Shown piece by piece: positions 49,901 through 64,000 of a DNA stretch of 64,000 nucleotides. Positions within the stretch are counted from its first letter, which is position 1. Each line of letters starts with the position of its first letter. Origin of the DNA: Takakia lepidozioides. Its lineage: Eukaryota; Plantae; Bryophyta. The position numbers and the translations under genes were made by a program. The DNA is taken from contig CM060732.1 of assembly GCA_030704615.1 (NCBI GenBank), forward strand, positions 75,020,001 through 75,084,000. Reading direction: 5' to 3'. The notes under the pieces are model-generated. The model worked only from the letters and a program-made list of their open reading frames with translations, had not been told where the DNA came from and did not search any database.

Positions 49901-52900
49901 TCATCAATTAAGATAGAGTCCACTTCATCAATGATGCAAAAGTTGAATCCGCGCAATACTAGCTCCTCCTTACTCTGCTCCAAATGAATCCATTGTGTAA
50001 ACCCTTAACAACCATTTACAAGTGTGTCCAGTAATAATGTAGGACAACGAACCCTAAACTGTACAATGCTTTGTCAGCAGCGAAGCCGTAACCGGAACAC
50101 ACGAGAGACATGGACATGACATGTCTATTAACACAAGCTGATTGTTTTCCAACAGAATTTGTTTTAGAAGTTGAATTAGTTAACAGGGCTAACTTTCATG
50201 TATGAAGACCCAATTTGTTTGTACCATATGCTGGGAAAGTGTTGTTACATGTTGCTGACAGACCTAATTAACAGAGGCGTTGACCTATCAGCATTCAGAT
50301 TGATCGAGTCTTACACTGAGTATGAAGAAATCCATGGTTGTGCAGACAAAGCACAAACCCTGAATGCTGGACTTTCATAGCATAACCAAAGTAAGCTTGT
50401 GGGCAACTCTACCAATCTCTATAGGCGACAATTTCAGGAATTCAAGGATTCCCTGTGGAGCTCACAGGGATGTACAAAGCCAAGCTGCCGCAACTGAAGG
50501 CACCTCAAAAGGCCACGTTAAATGCTATCAACTGCTGAGGACATAGTACCACCATTCCATAAATGCAAGAACTACTACCCCTTTCTCGAGAGGGAGAGAC
50601 GCATCTTATGGAGAAATCACCAACACAAAGCTTTTCAGTGTTCTGGTCACAGCTACAAGGGAAACCCACTTCAACATGTACAGATAGACTTACAGTGGCC
50701 AGATTATCTCGTAAAAAGTCAAAACCAAGCTCGCTGTTGGTTACATATGTAACATCGCACCCATAATTATCCCGCCTCTCCTGGGGCGTCATTCCCTCTG
50801 CTCATTCAATCCCAATGTCAACACGTCTACTAAGGGAAAACTGTTCACCCAAATCGTGACAGCAACTATTCTCTAGGTGAGAATTATAGAGGCCGGTAGA
50901 ACTATTGTTTCTTGGATGTTGTTGGACCAGTGAGTGGTATGTGCTAGCCTAGTTCCTGTACTCTGGAATCCTGGGGTACTGAAGGTAACAACCACCAGGA
51001 AAAGATCTTAATGAGATCTTACAAAGGGAAGATTTCAATATTGGGTCTGCAGAGTGAGCTATTGGCTCCAACAAGATGCTTCAGCAACTTTCTAGAACTG
51101 GAGCCTCTTGCTCTGACTCCCAAAGAAGTTGGACTCCACCTCTTGAACAATCTACACTGAAGGAAGAGGAAATTGAAACCTACGCTGAATGAGCCCAACT
51201 CGAAGTCCCAAAAAGCGGTGGACTTGGCCAACCCACTCACAATCACGTCTCGCCAAATAGTCATTCACAGTCACCACATGGACTCCCTGCCCCGTCAGAG
51301 CATTTAAGAAAGCGGGGAGCACCGCCACTAGTGTCTTGCCTTCTCCTGTCCTCATTTCTGCTATCTGGCCCTTGTGTAGCACCATGCCCCCTGTACAGCG
51401 AAATCACAACCTTGTTAAAACACCACAAAGAACCAAACCCACGAGTAATGATGGGTGAATTCAAGACTCACTGACCAGGTGGCCACTTTTCAGTTGCCAT
51501 ATGGAGCAAATGGCAGAAACATTTTGCTGTTGGTTTATTCATCCATACTATGTGGATACCAGCTGTATCCTTCCAACAGACTGTTCCATCAATACAGAGC
51601 AAGTACGAAGACAGGCAGAGAAGGGAAGAAGTACCAATGAGCTGTACATCAAAAGGACGAAGACCTAGGACCCTCTTGGAGGCTTCACGGACCAGAGCGA
51701 ACGCCTCCTGTTCACATTGGTAGACCCAGAATAAAAAAATGCATACACATTTAGATAGAAGCAACTCTGGGTCTTATCCTTTTTAATACAGAATCCAGAC
51801 AGAGGGAAAATCTGAAGCTCGTGCACCAAGGATTTCCATCAATCCTGAACTGCAGCATCATCTTTCCTCCCATTTCCGAATGGCATGCACTCCCTGTTCA
51901 GACCAATGCAAATACTAGATAGAGGCCCTCGAAAATAGTACCCTGTCATCTTGAAATCTACCAATGACAAGTGCCCTCTTGAATTCCATGCCACGACAGA
52001 AGGCTGCATTTACCGAGTCTATGGAATGTCAAATCAACATTGTTCTTCCAAACCCTAGGCTGCCAATGAGGGTGATGGAGAAGATACAATTATGGATATC
52101 AGTAAAACCCACTTCATTAGAAAACGGGTTTAAGTGTACTGTCTTTGCCTGACTTTCCCCCTTTTGAAGGAGAGATGATTACACCTAATAAAATGTAATG
52201 GGCAAAGAAGAGGAGCTTTGCAGCACACTGCCATGTGCTCACATAAAGGAGCAACAGTCTCCATTTAAGGGCTGAAAAATAGCTTTCAACTGAAAGCTGA
52301 GATTTGACTTCCTTGGATGCATAAAGTATCCGCATTTCTCATTAAGCAGCAACGTAGAATAGATGCTCTATTTCAACAGCATAATTCCTACAATTCTGAA
52401 CCCCTCACTTAATTCTCAGACTCATAAGAACATCAAACTCCTCTACACTGAAGAACTTAGTAGGGACCCGTACCATAAACGCCTGGAATTGCTCGAATTT
52501 TTCCAGAAAAAAAAACCAAAATTTTTATCGACATTCATCAATAAAATTCAGCTGAACCAGGCTGCGCTCCTAACTGTCGCTCCAAATTCCAACACTACCA
52601 GATATGTCAGCCACTGCACTCAGACATAAAAACGGAGACAGTGGAAGGTTGTAGAAATCATACGGGAAGAACTGACTCCATCGATTGACCAGACCGCGCG
52701 CGCTCCTGCAATCCTACAGTCGTGGCACGCAGCTCCTCATCAGAGAGAAGTTGAACCTCAGGCTCAAGCGCATTCACCTGGGCAACCGTGGATGCATACA
52801 GTTGCCGAGCAGCCTCTCCCGTATCTGCCCCTTTAAAGAGCCCGCCAAACATGCTCTGCAGGGAGGCCGACGCCACTCCAGCCTCCTTCCTCCCCCGGCT

Positions 52901-53113
52901 CTGCCCTAGCGGCTGTTCCGAACCCCACACAGGCCCCCTTTGCCCCATGAACGACCCTGCCAAGCTCCCCTCGCTAAGCCTCCCATTGCACTGCAAGTTT
53001 GGTGGCGACGATCCCAGCAGCAACGATCCTGACCTTGAAGATGTGCTTGGGGTATGGCACGACACCCCCGCCAGCTCGCTGCATACCAATGCGGCCATGG
53101 AGTGGGCCGCCAT
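40947..53113 (-). CDS. SECA1: Chloroplast preprotein translocase subunit SecA1 (multi-exon)
   Basis: Transit-peptide-like first exon. Motifs [95 protein letters not shown] introns. Confidence 0.96.
47911..48139. repeat. Two tandem ~117-bp units, each with two TGACTGTCTCTCACCAA subrepeats, in the longest SECA1 intron
   Basis: Units start at 47911 and 48028 and differ at only a few positions. Confidence 0.85.
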
Positions 53114-53947
53114 CGCTGCCTTGCTTCAATTCACCCCTCCTCCTCCCACACCTTCTCCTCACTCTGCCCTCGCCATCGCACGCGCTCCCACACCCCGGGA
53201 AGACGACCCCGGATGATTCTCGTGCCGTGGATGAACACTATCCCCCTCCATGGATGACTGATAACTGCCACATGGACGCATGTTGACGCTTTGGTAGCAG
53301 TTGAGTCTGATGGATGTGGATGGATGACTACTGGATGAGGATGATGGGACTGTGGATACCGGTCATAAAATATCTGGAGCGGCTACGTGAGCCAATCGGG
53401 GAGACCACAATCGGATAAGCTTTGATTACTCTTCTGTTTCGCCACGTGTCAGCGGCAGACATCGCGACATTGCTACGGCCTAAGCGACCACGTACTTGGA
53501 CTAATCCCCGTCCATTGTCACGTTCCCATCGGAGGTGTCTGGATGTACCACGTGGCGGAAATGCACAACTATAGAGATTATTTTCCGGGGTTGTAAAACA
53601 TATATATAATTTCAGAGATAAATATAAAAATTCATTCATCACTATTCTATTTCATTCATCCTGCATCCATGTCCAGCAGTTGGGAACGTAATGGGGATAT
53701 GAGAACAGGTATAGGGAACATATTAGGATGGACGGGAGAAAATGTGGATGAAAACATATTGTCATCCATGAAGAAGACGAGGGCAGCCTCCATCTCGCCC
53801 GCTTTTGAAGACTCGTTGTTGCGATCGTGCTGGGCTGTTCGGAGGGTTTTGGAGGCGGGGCGTGGATCCGAGAGCTCCACAGATCTTTGCATTGCGTCGT
53901 TTTTGTCTCGAAAGTATTAGTTGGGGGTTTTCTGTGAAGGGTGCGCG
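53114..53947. promoter_or_regulatory. Head-to-head intergenic region of SECA1 and SmE (candidate bidirectional promoter)
   Basis: Divergent start codons ~0.83 kb apart; CACGTG G-boxes near 53443 and 53549; TATATATAA near 53601. Confidence 0.5.
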
Positions 53948-56209
53948 ATGGCGACCACAAAGGTGCAGCGGATTATGACCCAGCCGATTGTGCGTCTTTC
54001 TCACCCTAGCACTACTTTGTGCTCATTTTCGTTTCTTTCAATTTCGTTTTCCTGTTTGAGCTGCTTCCCGAAATGGTTCATGAGCTGATTTCGGTTTGTT
54101 TTCCCATGTTGGAGAGAGCTCTTTGGAGCTAAGACGAGTCAGCGGAAGTATCAGAATACCTGCCTTGTTCTAGAACCTTCTTGTCAAATAGGGAAACTGT
54201 TTTGGGGCATCTATGAATGGTCGAGGTTGGAAGACCATACGCACACATAGAAGCGTGAAAGTTGAAACATATAATCAACGATTAAAAAAACCATCATGCA
54301 GTGTAGGTGCTTTTGCGCTCTTTACCTTTGATAGGAAATGAATGAGGAACAGGTGGAAGTACTAAATCGATAAGAGAGTTTACAGTCTAGGTTTTTTCTA
54401 GGGTTTAGGCTTTAAGGGTTATGGTGGGGTGATTTTGGTGTACAAGCTTTGGATGAGAGCTGCTTTGTGTCAGATCCGTGTGTAGAGGAGTATTTTTGAA
54501 GCTGGATGTACATCTGCTAGCGATTAATAACCGTGCATTCCTTAGAGACCGACTTGCTTGTGAGTGTTCTTCTAGAGACTTCCTCAGCCTCCACCAGAAC
54601 CAGATTTATGGTCATGAAATTTCTGCATTATGGTTTCTGACATGTTTGTGGTGGGCTGGGATGGCTACTATACCAACTACAACGCCGGACTTTTGGGGCT
54701 GGCCGATGTCAACGGAATATTCAGAATCTCATTTTTCGGTTTCTACAAAGCGTAAGGGGTCCCTTCCTTTTCACTTTGTGAGGTAGAAGTGTTCATAGTA
54801 ATTGTTTTGGTTACCCTGAGAGGTATGGCAGTGGAGGTAGCCAATGACTGTTGTCTGTAGAAGGTTAATTTCATTCACAGCTTGCAAGGTCGAAGACTTT
54901 GGGCTGTTTAGAGTAGACAGGTCTGTAGGATCTGTTTTTGTGAACCTAGGTACATTCTTGGCTTCAAGTGACTTTCTTTCCCCCATTGTGTTTTGTCTCG
55001 TACCTTGTTTCCTTCTCAAGTCTTTGGTGTTGAATCTTGTGCAGAAATCAAGAATCCAAATCTGGCTGTTTGAGCAGAAGGATATGAGGATTGAGGGTCG
55101 CATCATTGTAAGCTTTCCTGCTTGTGGGAGTGTAGGCATTGTGTTGTCTTATACTCTGTGATTGCCTTTCTAGGATACGCTTCGCTTTGGATGTGGTAGG
55201 AGAGTTTTCTTTACCTCTAAAATGTCAAGTTCAGATTCTTGTATATCTTACATGCCACATGATTGTAACTTGCTTTTAGTATGGAGCTGCTCTGCAAACT
55301 TTGCTCATGCAAACAAGGATATAGTAGGGAAATTTTCTTCCAAAAAGAATCAGATATCAAGAGAATACATGGTACGGATGCTTATCATGCCTAGTTCCAA
55401 ATATGCAGGTGATTGAGATAACAGGGGTTTGGTTTATTCAGGTGTCCTTATGCATGTATCAAGAACAAAGAGATGTGTGACTGACTCTGAAGCATGGGTG
55501 TGGCAGGGATTTGATGAATACATGAATCTGGTTCTCGAGGAAGCGGAGGAAGTTTCTTTGAAGAAGAATACGCGCAAGCCGTTAGGTTACTCTCTTCTCT
55601 CCCCCTCTCCTTCTTCAGTTAGTGAACGTAAGCATGCACTCAAAGGCTCGACAACCCTATCCTTCCATTTTACCGATCCCTATCAGTCCATTTTTCCTGA
55701 CATCATATTTATAGTATCTGTGCAGTGGTGACTCTGTTGGATAATATTTGTGGTAGAAAGAGTTTTTTTTGTTCATTAAAATGGCCTAGACATTGTCCAG
55801 AGGTCTCAGGTAATTGATGGCGTCAGCTGTCTGCTTGTTACAATGTCTTCACTCATGCTGGGCTTACTATGGCAGGCCGGATTCTTTTGAAAGGGGATAA
55901 TATCACGCTCATGATGAACACGTAAGTGCATGATATCTTGTAGGCTTGTTTTAATTATTGAGTCTTTTGTGCTTTGACCATCCATACGGACTGTCATTTT
56001 TGCTGATTATTGCTGTTGTGCCAGTTTTACAATTGTTTTTCTCCCTCCTCTTCCATTAATTGGACAAAGGTGATGATGGCATTGCTATCATAAATGGATC
56101 TTCCTAAGGCCAGGGCTTATAGGCCTCTCCATGTTTCACTCTCTTTCTGCACTGGTTGAAGAGTTTTCTAATATTGCTGTTCTCATTGTATGGCTGCAGG
56201 GGAAAGTGA
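53948..56209 (+). CDS. SmE: Small nuclear ribonucleoprotein E (6 exons)
   Basis: Exons 53948-53989 (MATTKVQRIMTQPI), 54725-54751 (NLIFRFLQS), 55045-55107, 55507-55585 (GFDEYMNLVL), 55876-55921 (RILLKGDNITLM) and 56200-56209; phases consistent. Confidence 0.96.
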
Positions 56210-57178
56210 CCACAGGGCGGAAAGGGAATCCTGAGCTGAGATACCCGCCATGCCACCTTCTACTCACCACCCTGGCTTTGTAGAGCATTCTCTCACTGCA
56301 AAGATGTTTGAAGTCTGAACTGCATGTCAAATTGTGTATCACTAGTTAGGATTATGGCTGTATGCCGCACAGTTATTGCTCCACTGCTCAGTTCATTTCC
56401 CTTTGTCCCCTTGTCCTACAGTTAAATGTGCAGGCGTTTTTTTGCAGAGATATACCGTACTCAAAGATTGTTTAGTCACTTGTGCACTCATTTAGGCCAT
56501 CTATAAGCAGCTAGTTATCCTGAATTGGACTGATATCACCAGACAATCATGGCAAAACATCATCATTCAGGTTGGCATTCTCTATTGATTTGGCTTTAAT
56601 TGAAGGGCGTTACCTTTTCCCAGTTACCTTTTCCACCTTTTCCCAGCACCTTTTCCCAGCACCTTTTCCCACATCTACTCTCACGAATGGCTGTCCCAAA
56701 GTAAAAGGTTTCTCTATTGGGCAGATGAACTGCACTCATCATCTTTCAATATACTTGCTCTTTGGCAAAATGCTTCAATGGATAGTCTAGAATTGCTGCA
56801 CTACATGTTGTAAACATGCCAATGCCTAGATTGGAAGATTGATTAGATGGGGGTTTGCAGGACAGTCCCCACAGACATTCAAGAAGTCTGTTTCACTTCA
56901 ATTTGTATTGCAATCTGTACAATGGAATTCGTTTGCTTCTGATTACACCGCCATCAAAGCAATCTAAGGATGCAGCCAGAGCATGCACTAAGATTGCTGG
57001 AAGCCAAGCTCAGAGAAAGGACTCCGCTGTGTATGGTGTCTGCCTTACAGGTTGAAGTTGCTCCCTATGATGATTCAATCTCATATCCACTTGTTGCATG
57101 CATATAGCACCTGTATACGGGAAGGGACCGGTTATCTCCATTTCAAGAATAATTTCATGAGGTTTCACAACAAACTGT

Positions 57179-60100
57179 TTAATCTATTTCACTTACAAGA
57201 TCCCTCTTGGCAAGAGGAATGTGTTGCGAGGAGAGGTCATCATAGAGGAGGCAATGAAAGTGGTGCATTGCTTGTTCAACCCGGGGAGCATAGCGCCCCA
57301 CGTCATAAGCTGGGGAGGCAAGTCCATCATGTACGTCCTGGCACAGACCTATGTCTTCGTCCTATAGTCCCATCCATCACAACCCAACATGCCTGAGGCT
57401 TCAGAATGATTCCAGCTCACCCACAGGTCATTTATCAGCTCTCAGCACAGTTGACATGGACAAAATCAAGAGTTTGACAGTCCCCAAACACATCTATTTA
57501 CACGCTCCACCCAGTCATACAAAACAAGAGGTGGATAAAACAGTGTCCAAACAAGCTACCTTCAAGGAGTCAGTGAACAGAGACAAACTCAGATAAGAAG
57601 CCCATACCTGTACAACCTCACTATCTTGTAGACTCCTGTCAATGAAGGCTTGATTTTGCTGCAATTTCCGGAAGGGAAAGAGTAAGATGAACATAGCCGC
57701 CAAATTCTCCCAAAATGTAAAGCTCAAGTTCCAAATGACATGCGTTAGCTGTGAACAATACTCATCTTTTTATTCATCACCTGAACGACCAGCAGACTAT
57801 ATCCATCGAAGCACTGACGACACAACCTGTGTGCTGCTCACATCAAAGATTAGATGGTGGATACAGAGCGTACCGACTGAGAGGGGTCAAGAAACCAGTT
57901 GAAAATCACACGGCATTGCGACGCTGTTACAGGAAGCACCAGATTGGTGTCCATCCATGGCCCATACCTGATCCATTTTAAACCCAAAAGTTATGATCAA
58001 CACATGTTGAAGGTAATGTTGGTGAGAGAAGTGCAGGAGCTGACCACCGAGACTAACAAGAGACTAGATTGGTACCAAAAGACAGCATTACAGGATAATA
58101 GCTGACTCTTCAGGCATACTGTTAAGTGTCTTGCCGAATTAACGATGGAAACGAACCTGTTGATCATGAAATTGGGGTACACAAATGCGTAAGTGGCCAT
58201 ATCGCCAACCCTTGCATTTGAATCCTTTCCATCTGTGTTTGCAGCACGACAGCTCTGGATGCTTACCCTCTCAAACAACTGGCCAACCACCATCCAGAAA
58301 ACCACACTTCATTAATGTAGGACAGAAATCTTGATTTACATATACCACACAAACAAAGGGCCACCACTTATCATATGCCTGAAAATGGATGCTCCACCAG
58401 TCTAGCTGCTGCATCCTCAAGACAGAAGACATCATCGGATGCACGTGCATTTCTTTGACTGAACACTTGCGAAATGAAGAAGACTATCAACATGAAAATA
58501 TGGATTATACGCACTGTAGTAGAATAGGAATTGAGGTCCAGGCATGCAGAAAGCTTGCCATGGGCATGGGGAACATGGTAACCGCCATCCAAGTAGTTGT
58601 CACAGTACACCTGCTCCCGTCCACAGCCACCCATCAGGAACAAGGCCTCATAGACCGGTATCATGCTGCTAGCTAGGTTTTCTACTACTTCCACAAGGAA
58701 AATGGTGATAGACTTCAAAAAGGAGTTTCCATTTTGAAGGGCAATGTTCAACCTTCGTGTGTTGTTTTCCTTTGGAACACATCCTCTCATCAATTGGTGA
58801 AGACGGAAGATATGTGTTAATGACCAACATCATCTCTTCCTCCATCTTCCCAGTATTATCAAGAAAGATAATCAAAGATGCAGGTATTTCACATGTAAGA
58901 AGACGCCCTAGACCACAGTGAAGAGAAAACAAATGGGAACCAATTTGACCTTCCAATTGCAGTTGAGGACATATTCACGCGTAGCCACATGTTGCAGTGG
59001 TGTGTTGATACCAGCAGTTGCCAAAATGGGGGCAGCTGAACCCAACCACTCCCGTTCAACAGTATCGCTTCCTTCTGTCACTTTCTTATTTTCCAAGCTG
59101 ATAAGCACAAAGGGACCCCATGTTGCTACATGTATTGGAACTAGCCTATTCTCCTGTTGTGGTGTCAACCAGACAGAAAATACTTTGTCAGAGATCAGTG
59201 AAACTGCTGGGTACCCACACATGGAAGGCCAAAAGAAAGAAATTGATGACATCCAAAGCCCAAAGAGCTTCAAAGGGACTAGTGAGTGAAAGAAACAGAG
59301 ACGGAGGCAGACAGAGAGGGACACAAGGAAAGCAATCAGGAACTTTCTTTGTCCAGAAGAAGCTTGGAGAGCTTATGGTGAAATAGACTAGAGCACCGCA
59401 ACCACTACCATGTCCGGGTCAAACAAACAAAAACATCACAGCTATAGAGAGAGATGAGAGAGGTTGCAGATGCACAAGTTTCTCAGAGAGGAGCATGGAA
59501 GACCCACAAGGAGGGAGGAACATATCAAGGGCCCACTTACACGTACTGAAAAATTGCGGATGCCAGCAAGGCGGGTTGCTTTCTGGAGCCTTCCATCAAG
59601 ACCATATGTCCATCCCTACACATCAATACAGTGGGTAAGTCCATGCCTTCCTTTGTAACTCTCATCAGGCTCACCTCCTCTGACTTCACAGTTCCATGGG
59701 ATCAACTTTCAGCAATGTGCAGTTCACTGTAGAAGGAGCTGCGATTGACAGGTATATATCCAGTTCCCACAATAGATGTCACATTACAGCCAGAGTTACA
59801 AATTGCAACAATGATTTACCAGATTCTGGGTGAGGCAGATTGGTCCAAGGAGCATGTTTTGAAGCTACAAATTGCAGTCCTTTGAGAAGGCTGTCATTAC
59901 AACTCCGCTTGTCTTTGAACCCAATGGCAGTAATAGAGATTCCCACTTGGCCACAGATTTGACATTGTCTAAAAAAGGGCAGAGAGAGCACACATCAGGG
60001 AGAAATTAAGGGAACAGGAGGTCACATGATAAGGGCAGACAAAAGAGTGGGCAGAGCCAGAGCCAGATGCAACTGCAGCAGCATGATGACGACAGACATT

Positions 60101-62713
60101 GTGGAAGGCATGCAGCTGCCCCCGCTCGTCTTTACATACCACATACCTTGTTTTCCCCACCCTGCAATCCCTTCCTGTTAGCACCTCCTCCTTTTGATCT
60201 AATCAATGACCTCCATACTAAAGCAGTTGGAGAGAGTCACCAATGGAGATTCTTTTACATTGCTGGTTGAAAAACCTATCGCCGGATATGGTTGCAGAGA
60301 GATAAGATCCAGTGCACACTATGACCGAAAGGCTAAACATAATCGGTCAATGACTATCTCCTCTACTACCTTCGTTCTATGGTTCTTTGTTGTTGTACTT
60401 GTGTCCCTTGGGCCTCTGGCTTCCTGTGGACACAATAAGTCTCTTTCTTTCTTCTGTCTTTCCAAGTCTTTCCAAGGCCAGGTTCACTGCTGTCCAACTT
60501 TATTTGCTGCAAGGGGAGGTAGTAAAGATCTATGTTGCTCAGAGTGATTAAACCAACTTGGCAGCTTCCTCCAGAATTGCTATGTTAAGGTGAGATTGGA
60601 ACTTGGAGTGCCCAAGAGGAATCATCTATGTACTTACAGATTAACAACTCAATACAGACATTGAAATGAAACCAAATCGATGTTGCACCAGTCCAACTTC
60701 AAACCTTAACCATTCCAACATAGAGAGTGCAATCTTAATGTTGTGCTGTCCAATTACAAAGTCTCAGACCATCAACTTCATCATGTATGACAGTCACAAG
60801 CTGGCACCACTCCCCACTGACTCCATCAGCTCCCAACGATGGGTGTAGATCACCTTTGTACCTAGTTTCAGTCACTTTTTGGGATTAACCAAACCCTGCC
60901 ATGATGTTGGCTAGCACTCAACAGGCAAAGAAGAATTGCTTTGAGAAGTCAGGGTGTGATTTTGGGTTTTGTCCTTGTACATGCAACCGGGGGGGGGGGG
61001 GTGCGTTGGTGAGGTGGTGGCAAACCCTCCCGCGGACTTTACTCTGAATTATTAAATTTGTGTCTCTCTATTGTGAGCTTTTTATAGGCCCCGCCTCTTG
61101 GTTGTTTCCTGCTTTCTCTTGTCCCATAAGCTCTTTGAGCTTTCTGCGGACACAAAGTGTCATATTCTGAGACAGCCAATTGATTACAGAGGTGTTCCCT
61201 AGGAGGATCAGAAATGCTTGGCAGCATCTCTGCATGAGGTGTTACAGCTTAGACAATTCCTTGATGAATAGTTTTTTTTGGGCTGCTTCTTGAGGGCCCC
61301 ACTTTCTTTCTTATATCCTGCTTCTCTTGTCCAATAAGCTCTTTGAGCTTTCCACGGGCATTATAAGGTCTTTCTTTCGTTCTTTCCTCCCTGAGAAACA
61401 CCAGCAAAGCATCTGTTGGCTGAGTCCTTGCCACTGTTATGGTAACCTGGACACCGAGTACTGTAGAATTGTGTAGCACTGCTAGAGACATCATACAAGT
61501 TACTTTATTACTAAATAAAATGCCTGAGCTCTAAAGGGGGGAGTCCAGTAATTCATGCGAGTGATGTGCTGGAGGAAAGGAGAAGAGCTGACCTGCCAGT
61601 GAAGAAATCCCCTGCCTTCTCCACTTGATTGGCATGGCCTGGTTTCCCCACACCCATGCACAATCTCAGTCTTAGCCTGAAGTCGTGAAGGAACATCCGA
61701 ACATAGAACTTGCGAAGAGCTCTCAAGTTTTGTAGTGAGTATTTGAGCCGCTTGGGCATCGGTGTCAGTCAGCTGTCGGACTAGATAATGTTAAGTACAA
61801 GACCCTAAGCAAGTCATTCACCAGTCAAAGACCCAGAACCACAACCTCGAGATATACATTTGCGCTTTTACTGTGAAGAGTACCCGTCCAGCAGATGCCC
61901 TGCTACATATGGTATAATTCAAAGATCAGAAACTTGAGGGCTCCAAACTCCACTACTAAAGCACATTTCGTAGTCCCTGTAATTGAGACAACATGTGCTC
62001 ATCTGTTAGGGTTACATCAGGGTCAAGCAACCTGGGTCCCTATATGGAGGAAGGAGTGATTTTTGCTGCATAATCTCCTAAGTGGATGACTGCTGGAAAA
62101 TTGGGCGGCCAGGTCATGGAAATCTGCTCAAGAAACAGGAAAAGAAGTGTGGGTGTTGTATGTGTGTGTGATTCTGGTTGTTAGTTTAATTGAGAGGGCT
62201 GGACTCTTCATCGAACTAGAGAACATATGAGAGGGACATACCAACAGCCTGCCACCCTCGGCCAAACACATTCTCGATCTCGTACTCCGCGAACAAGGAA
62301 CTCGTGTACCAAGCACTGGGCGGGGTGACGGCCTCTTCTATTGGTATGGCTCTTCCAAATGCCTTTAAAGTCTCTCGGAATTTTTGCTCTTTTTCGCCCC
62401 ACGCGGCTTGTAAATCGTCCTTTCCATCATGTTCTGATCTTGTTTCAGTGTTTAGACCTTCATTAGAGTCTACTGTAGCTTTGCTTGTGGCTTGAGACAG
62501 TTCCTTTCTCTGGTCTCGATAACGTACCGGCACCGATAAGATAGTCCTATGCAAGATTGTGGGAGACCCATTTCTAGAATTCAGAGCACTACCCTGTGCA
62601 CCTGCATATTGTGGCATTAAGATGGGTTTTTGAAGAGAGCAGTGCTGGCCATATTTCTTCTCAAGCAAGAAAGCGATGCAGGCTCTGCGGTTCCGTACAA
62701 TCTGTGTCAACAT
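57179..62713 (-). CDS. CMO: Choline monooxygenase-like Rieske [2Fe-2S] oxygenase (multi-exon)
   Basis: TPPSAWYT, Rieske NVCRHH...CPYH|GWTY, NWK|VYCDNYLDGGYHVPHAH, YPNFMINR|YGPWMDTN, EDIGLC..GL.SPAY..GRYAP. Start codon tentative. Confidence 0.92.
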
Positions 62714-64000
62714 TCTTCCTTGTTCCTCTTCCCTATCCCGCAGTTGAAATACTCCAAGCTACTTGTGATTTTCTTCGGCAATCCTCGGAAGCCATCCATC
62801 CCCAAGTAGATGAAGCTACTGCAGATGATGAAAAATGGGTCGCATCTGCTCAAGCTACCAACGGTCGTTGGAGTGGAGGATGCTTGGCGGTAGAAGTTGT
62901 CAGAGAGTGGGCATGGCGCTCTGACATTCCATCTCTGTCAGGAAGACAGAAAAGAAGAGGAAGAGCTTCGCAGCAGACTGCCATGTGCTTCATCACTGCC
63001 ATGTGTTTGAAGGATGTACAAATGGCCAGCGTGCTACATAGTCCCTGCACTCACTCATCAGTGAACTCAATCGCCGCCAGCTTTTATACTTTTGTCCCTC
63101 ACTGTACCCCTCTGCAGATGCTGTACAGTCGTCTGCTGCTAACTTTGGATGCTTTTGGTCCTTGGAATTGAAAAAGTCGAGAACAGGATTGCTTTCTCTT
63201 CAAGTGTGACTTGTCAGGGCCCGTTTTCCCAGCTTGCACGGAAGCCCCTACCTACCTACCCAAACCTTGTCAGCAGGCAGCCTCCCCCATCGGCAGCTGG
63301 CTGGAATTCCAGCGTGGGGCTCTTTAGAGTCGCTGGATCTCAACCCACTTTATTGCGATGCCTTTTGCTAACGGTTTAGCTTGATCTGCCGCTGCCCAAG
63401 GCCACCCTCACTTTACGGACTTAGTACAAAGAAGGACTGATGACACACATTGGTGTAGATCAGGTTGAACAACGGGGGTGCACAAACCAAAGCTTGGATA
63501 TCCTTTGCTGCCTACTCTTGTCATCTACCTGTCTTTTGCTTGTCATAATACAGCAGATTGTTTACTCAAACAAAGATATGATTTTAGAGGAGTCGTCACT
63601 CGTGTGATTCCTTATTCTGCCCTGTCAATCTCACATCACTCTTATCGAAAACCTCCGGCGTTTTTGGATTCTGGACCTCAGCTGGAGTCCTGGCGTCCTT
63701 TTGGCGGCCATGGCTCACAAGCTGAGGTGTTCCATGGAAGGGCCGGGCCCTCTTCCTGGCACGGACAAACCCTCGAGTTATTCGAGGAAGACATGACAAT
63801 CAGGACGAATAATGGCAGCTTGAAGGTTTCAAATCCCAATCATCAACGGTAGGTAGAGTCTTTCTGAGGTTGAAGGCTGACTTCTGCATGTGTGGCCCAC
63901 CAAGGTACGAAAATGCTTGTAACACTCCTGTGCAGTCCTTTAAACATTGGCAGCTTCAATGTATGAGGATGATTACACGTCCGTATTGCTGGACCTTGCG

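Noticed and set aside
56611-56672. CCTTTTCCCAG short tandem repeat; also a ~40-bp duplication at ~61110 and ~61322
   Set aside because: Ordinary local slippage or duplication in non-coding DNA.
39200-64000. Numerous short antisense or intronic ORFs in the ORF track
   Set aside because: Shadows of SECA1, SmE and CMO exons, or intron sequence without recognisable motifs.

Overview
Eukaryotic nuclear DNA with GT-AG introns. A chloroplast SecA1 gene and the TE types point to a green plant, probably a non-seed land plant (inference). Bases ~1-26.6 kb are a nested transposon island and ~27-64 kb hold four intron-containing host genes: a very large C-terminal Ser/Thr kinase (+), SECA1 (-), SmE (+) and choline monooxygenase (-). 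The most striking object is a Ty3/Gypsy element at 1-11.6 kb. Its pol frame carries a DNMT3-like C5 cytosine methyltransferase between protease and RT and ends in a PHD finger. It has an apparent self-priming PBS, an odd B-A-B 3' terminal repeat and an accessory pre-gag ORF. A second Gypsy-like element at 21.4-25.7 kb (-) carries a degenerate dUTPase in the same PR-RT slot and a pre-gag ORF that aligns by eye with the first element's pre-gag ORF. Between them lie a decayed Copia, a chromovirus remnant, a gag fragment and a CACTA terminus. All homology calls are by-eye motif recognition; no searches were run.
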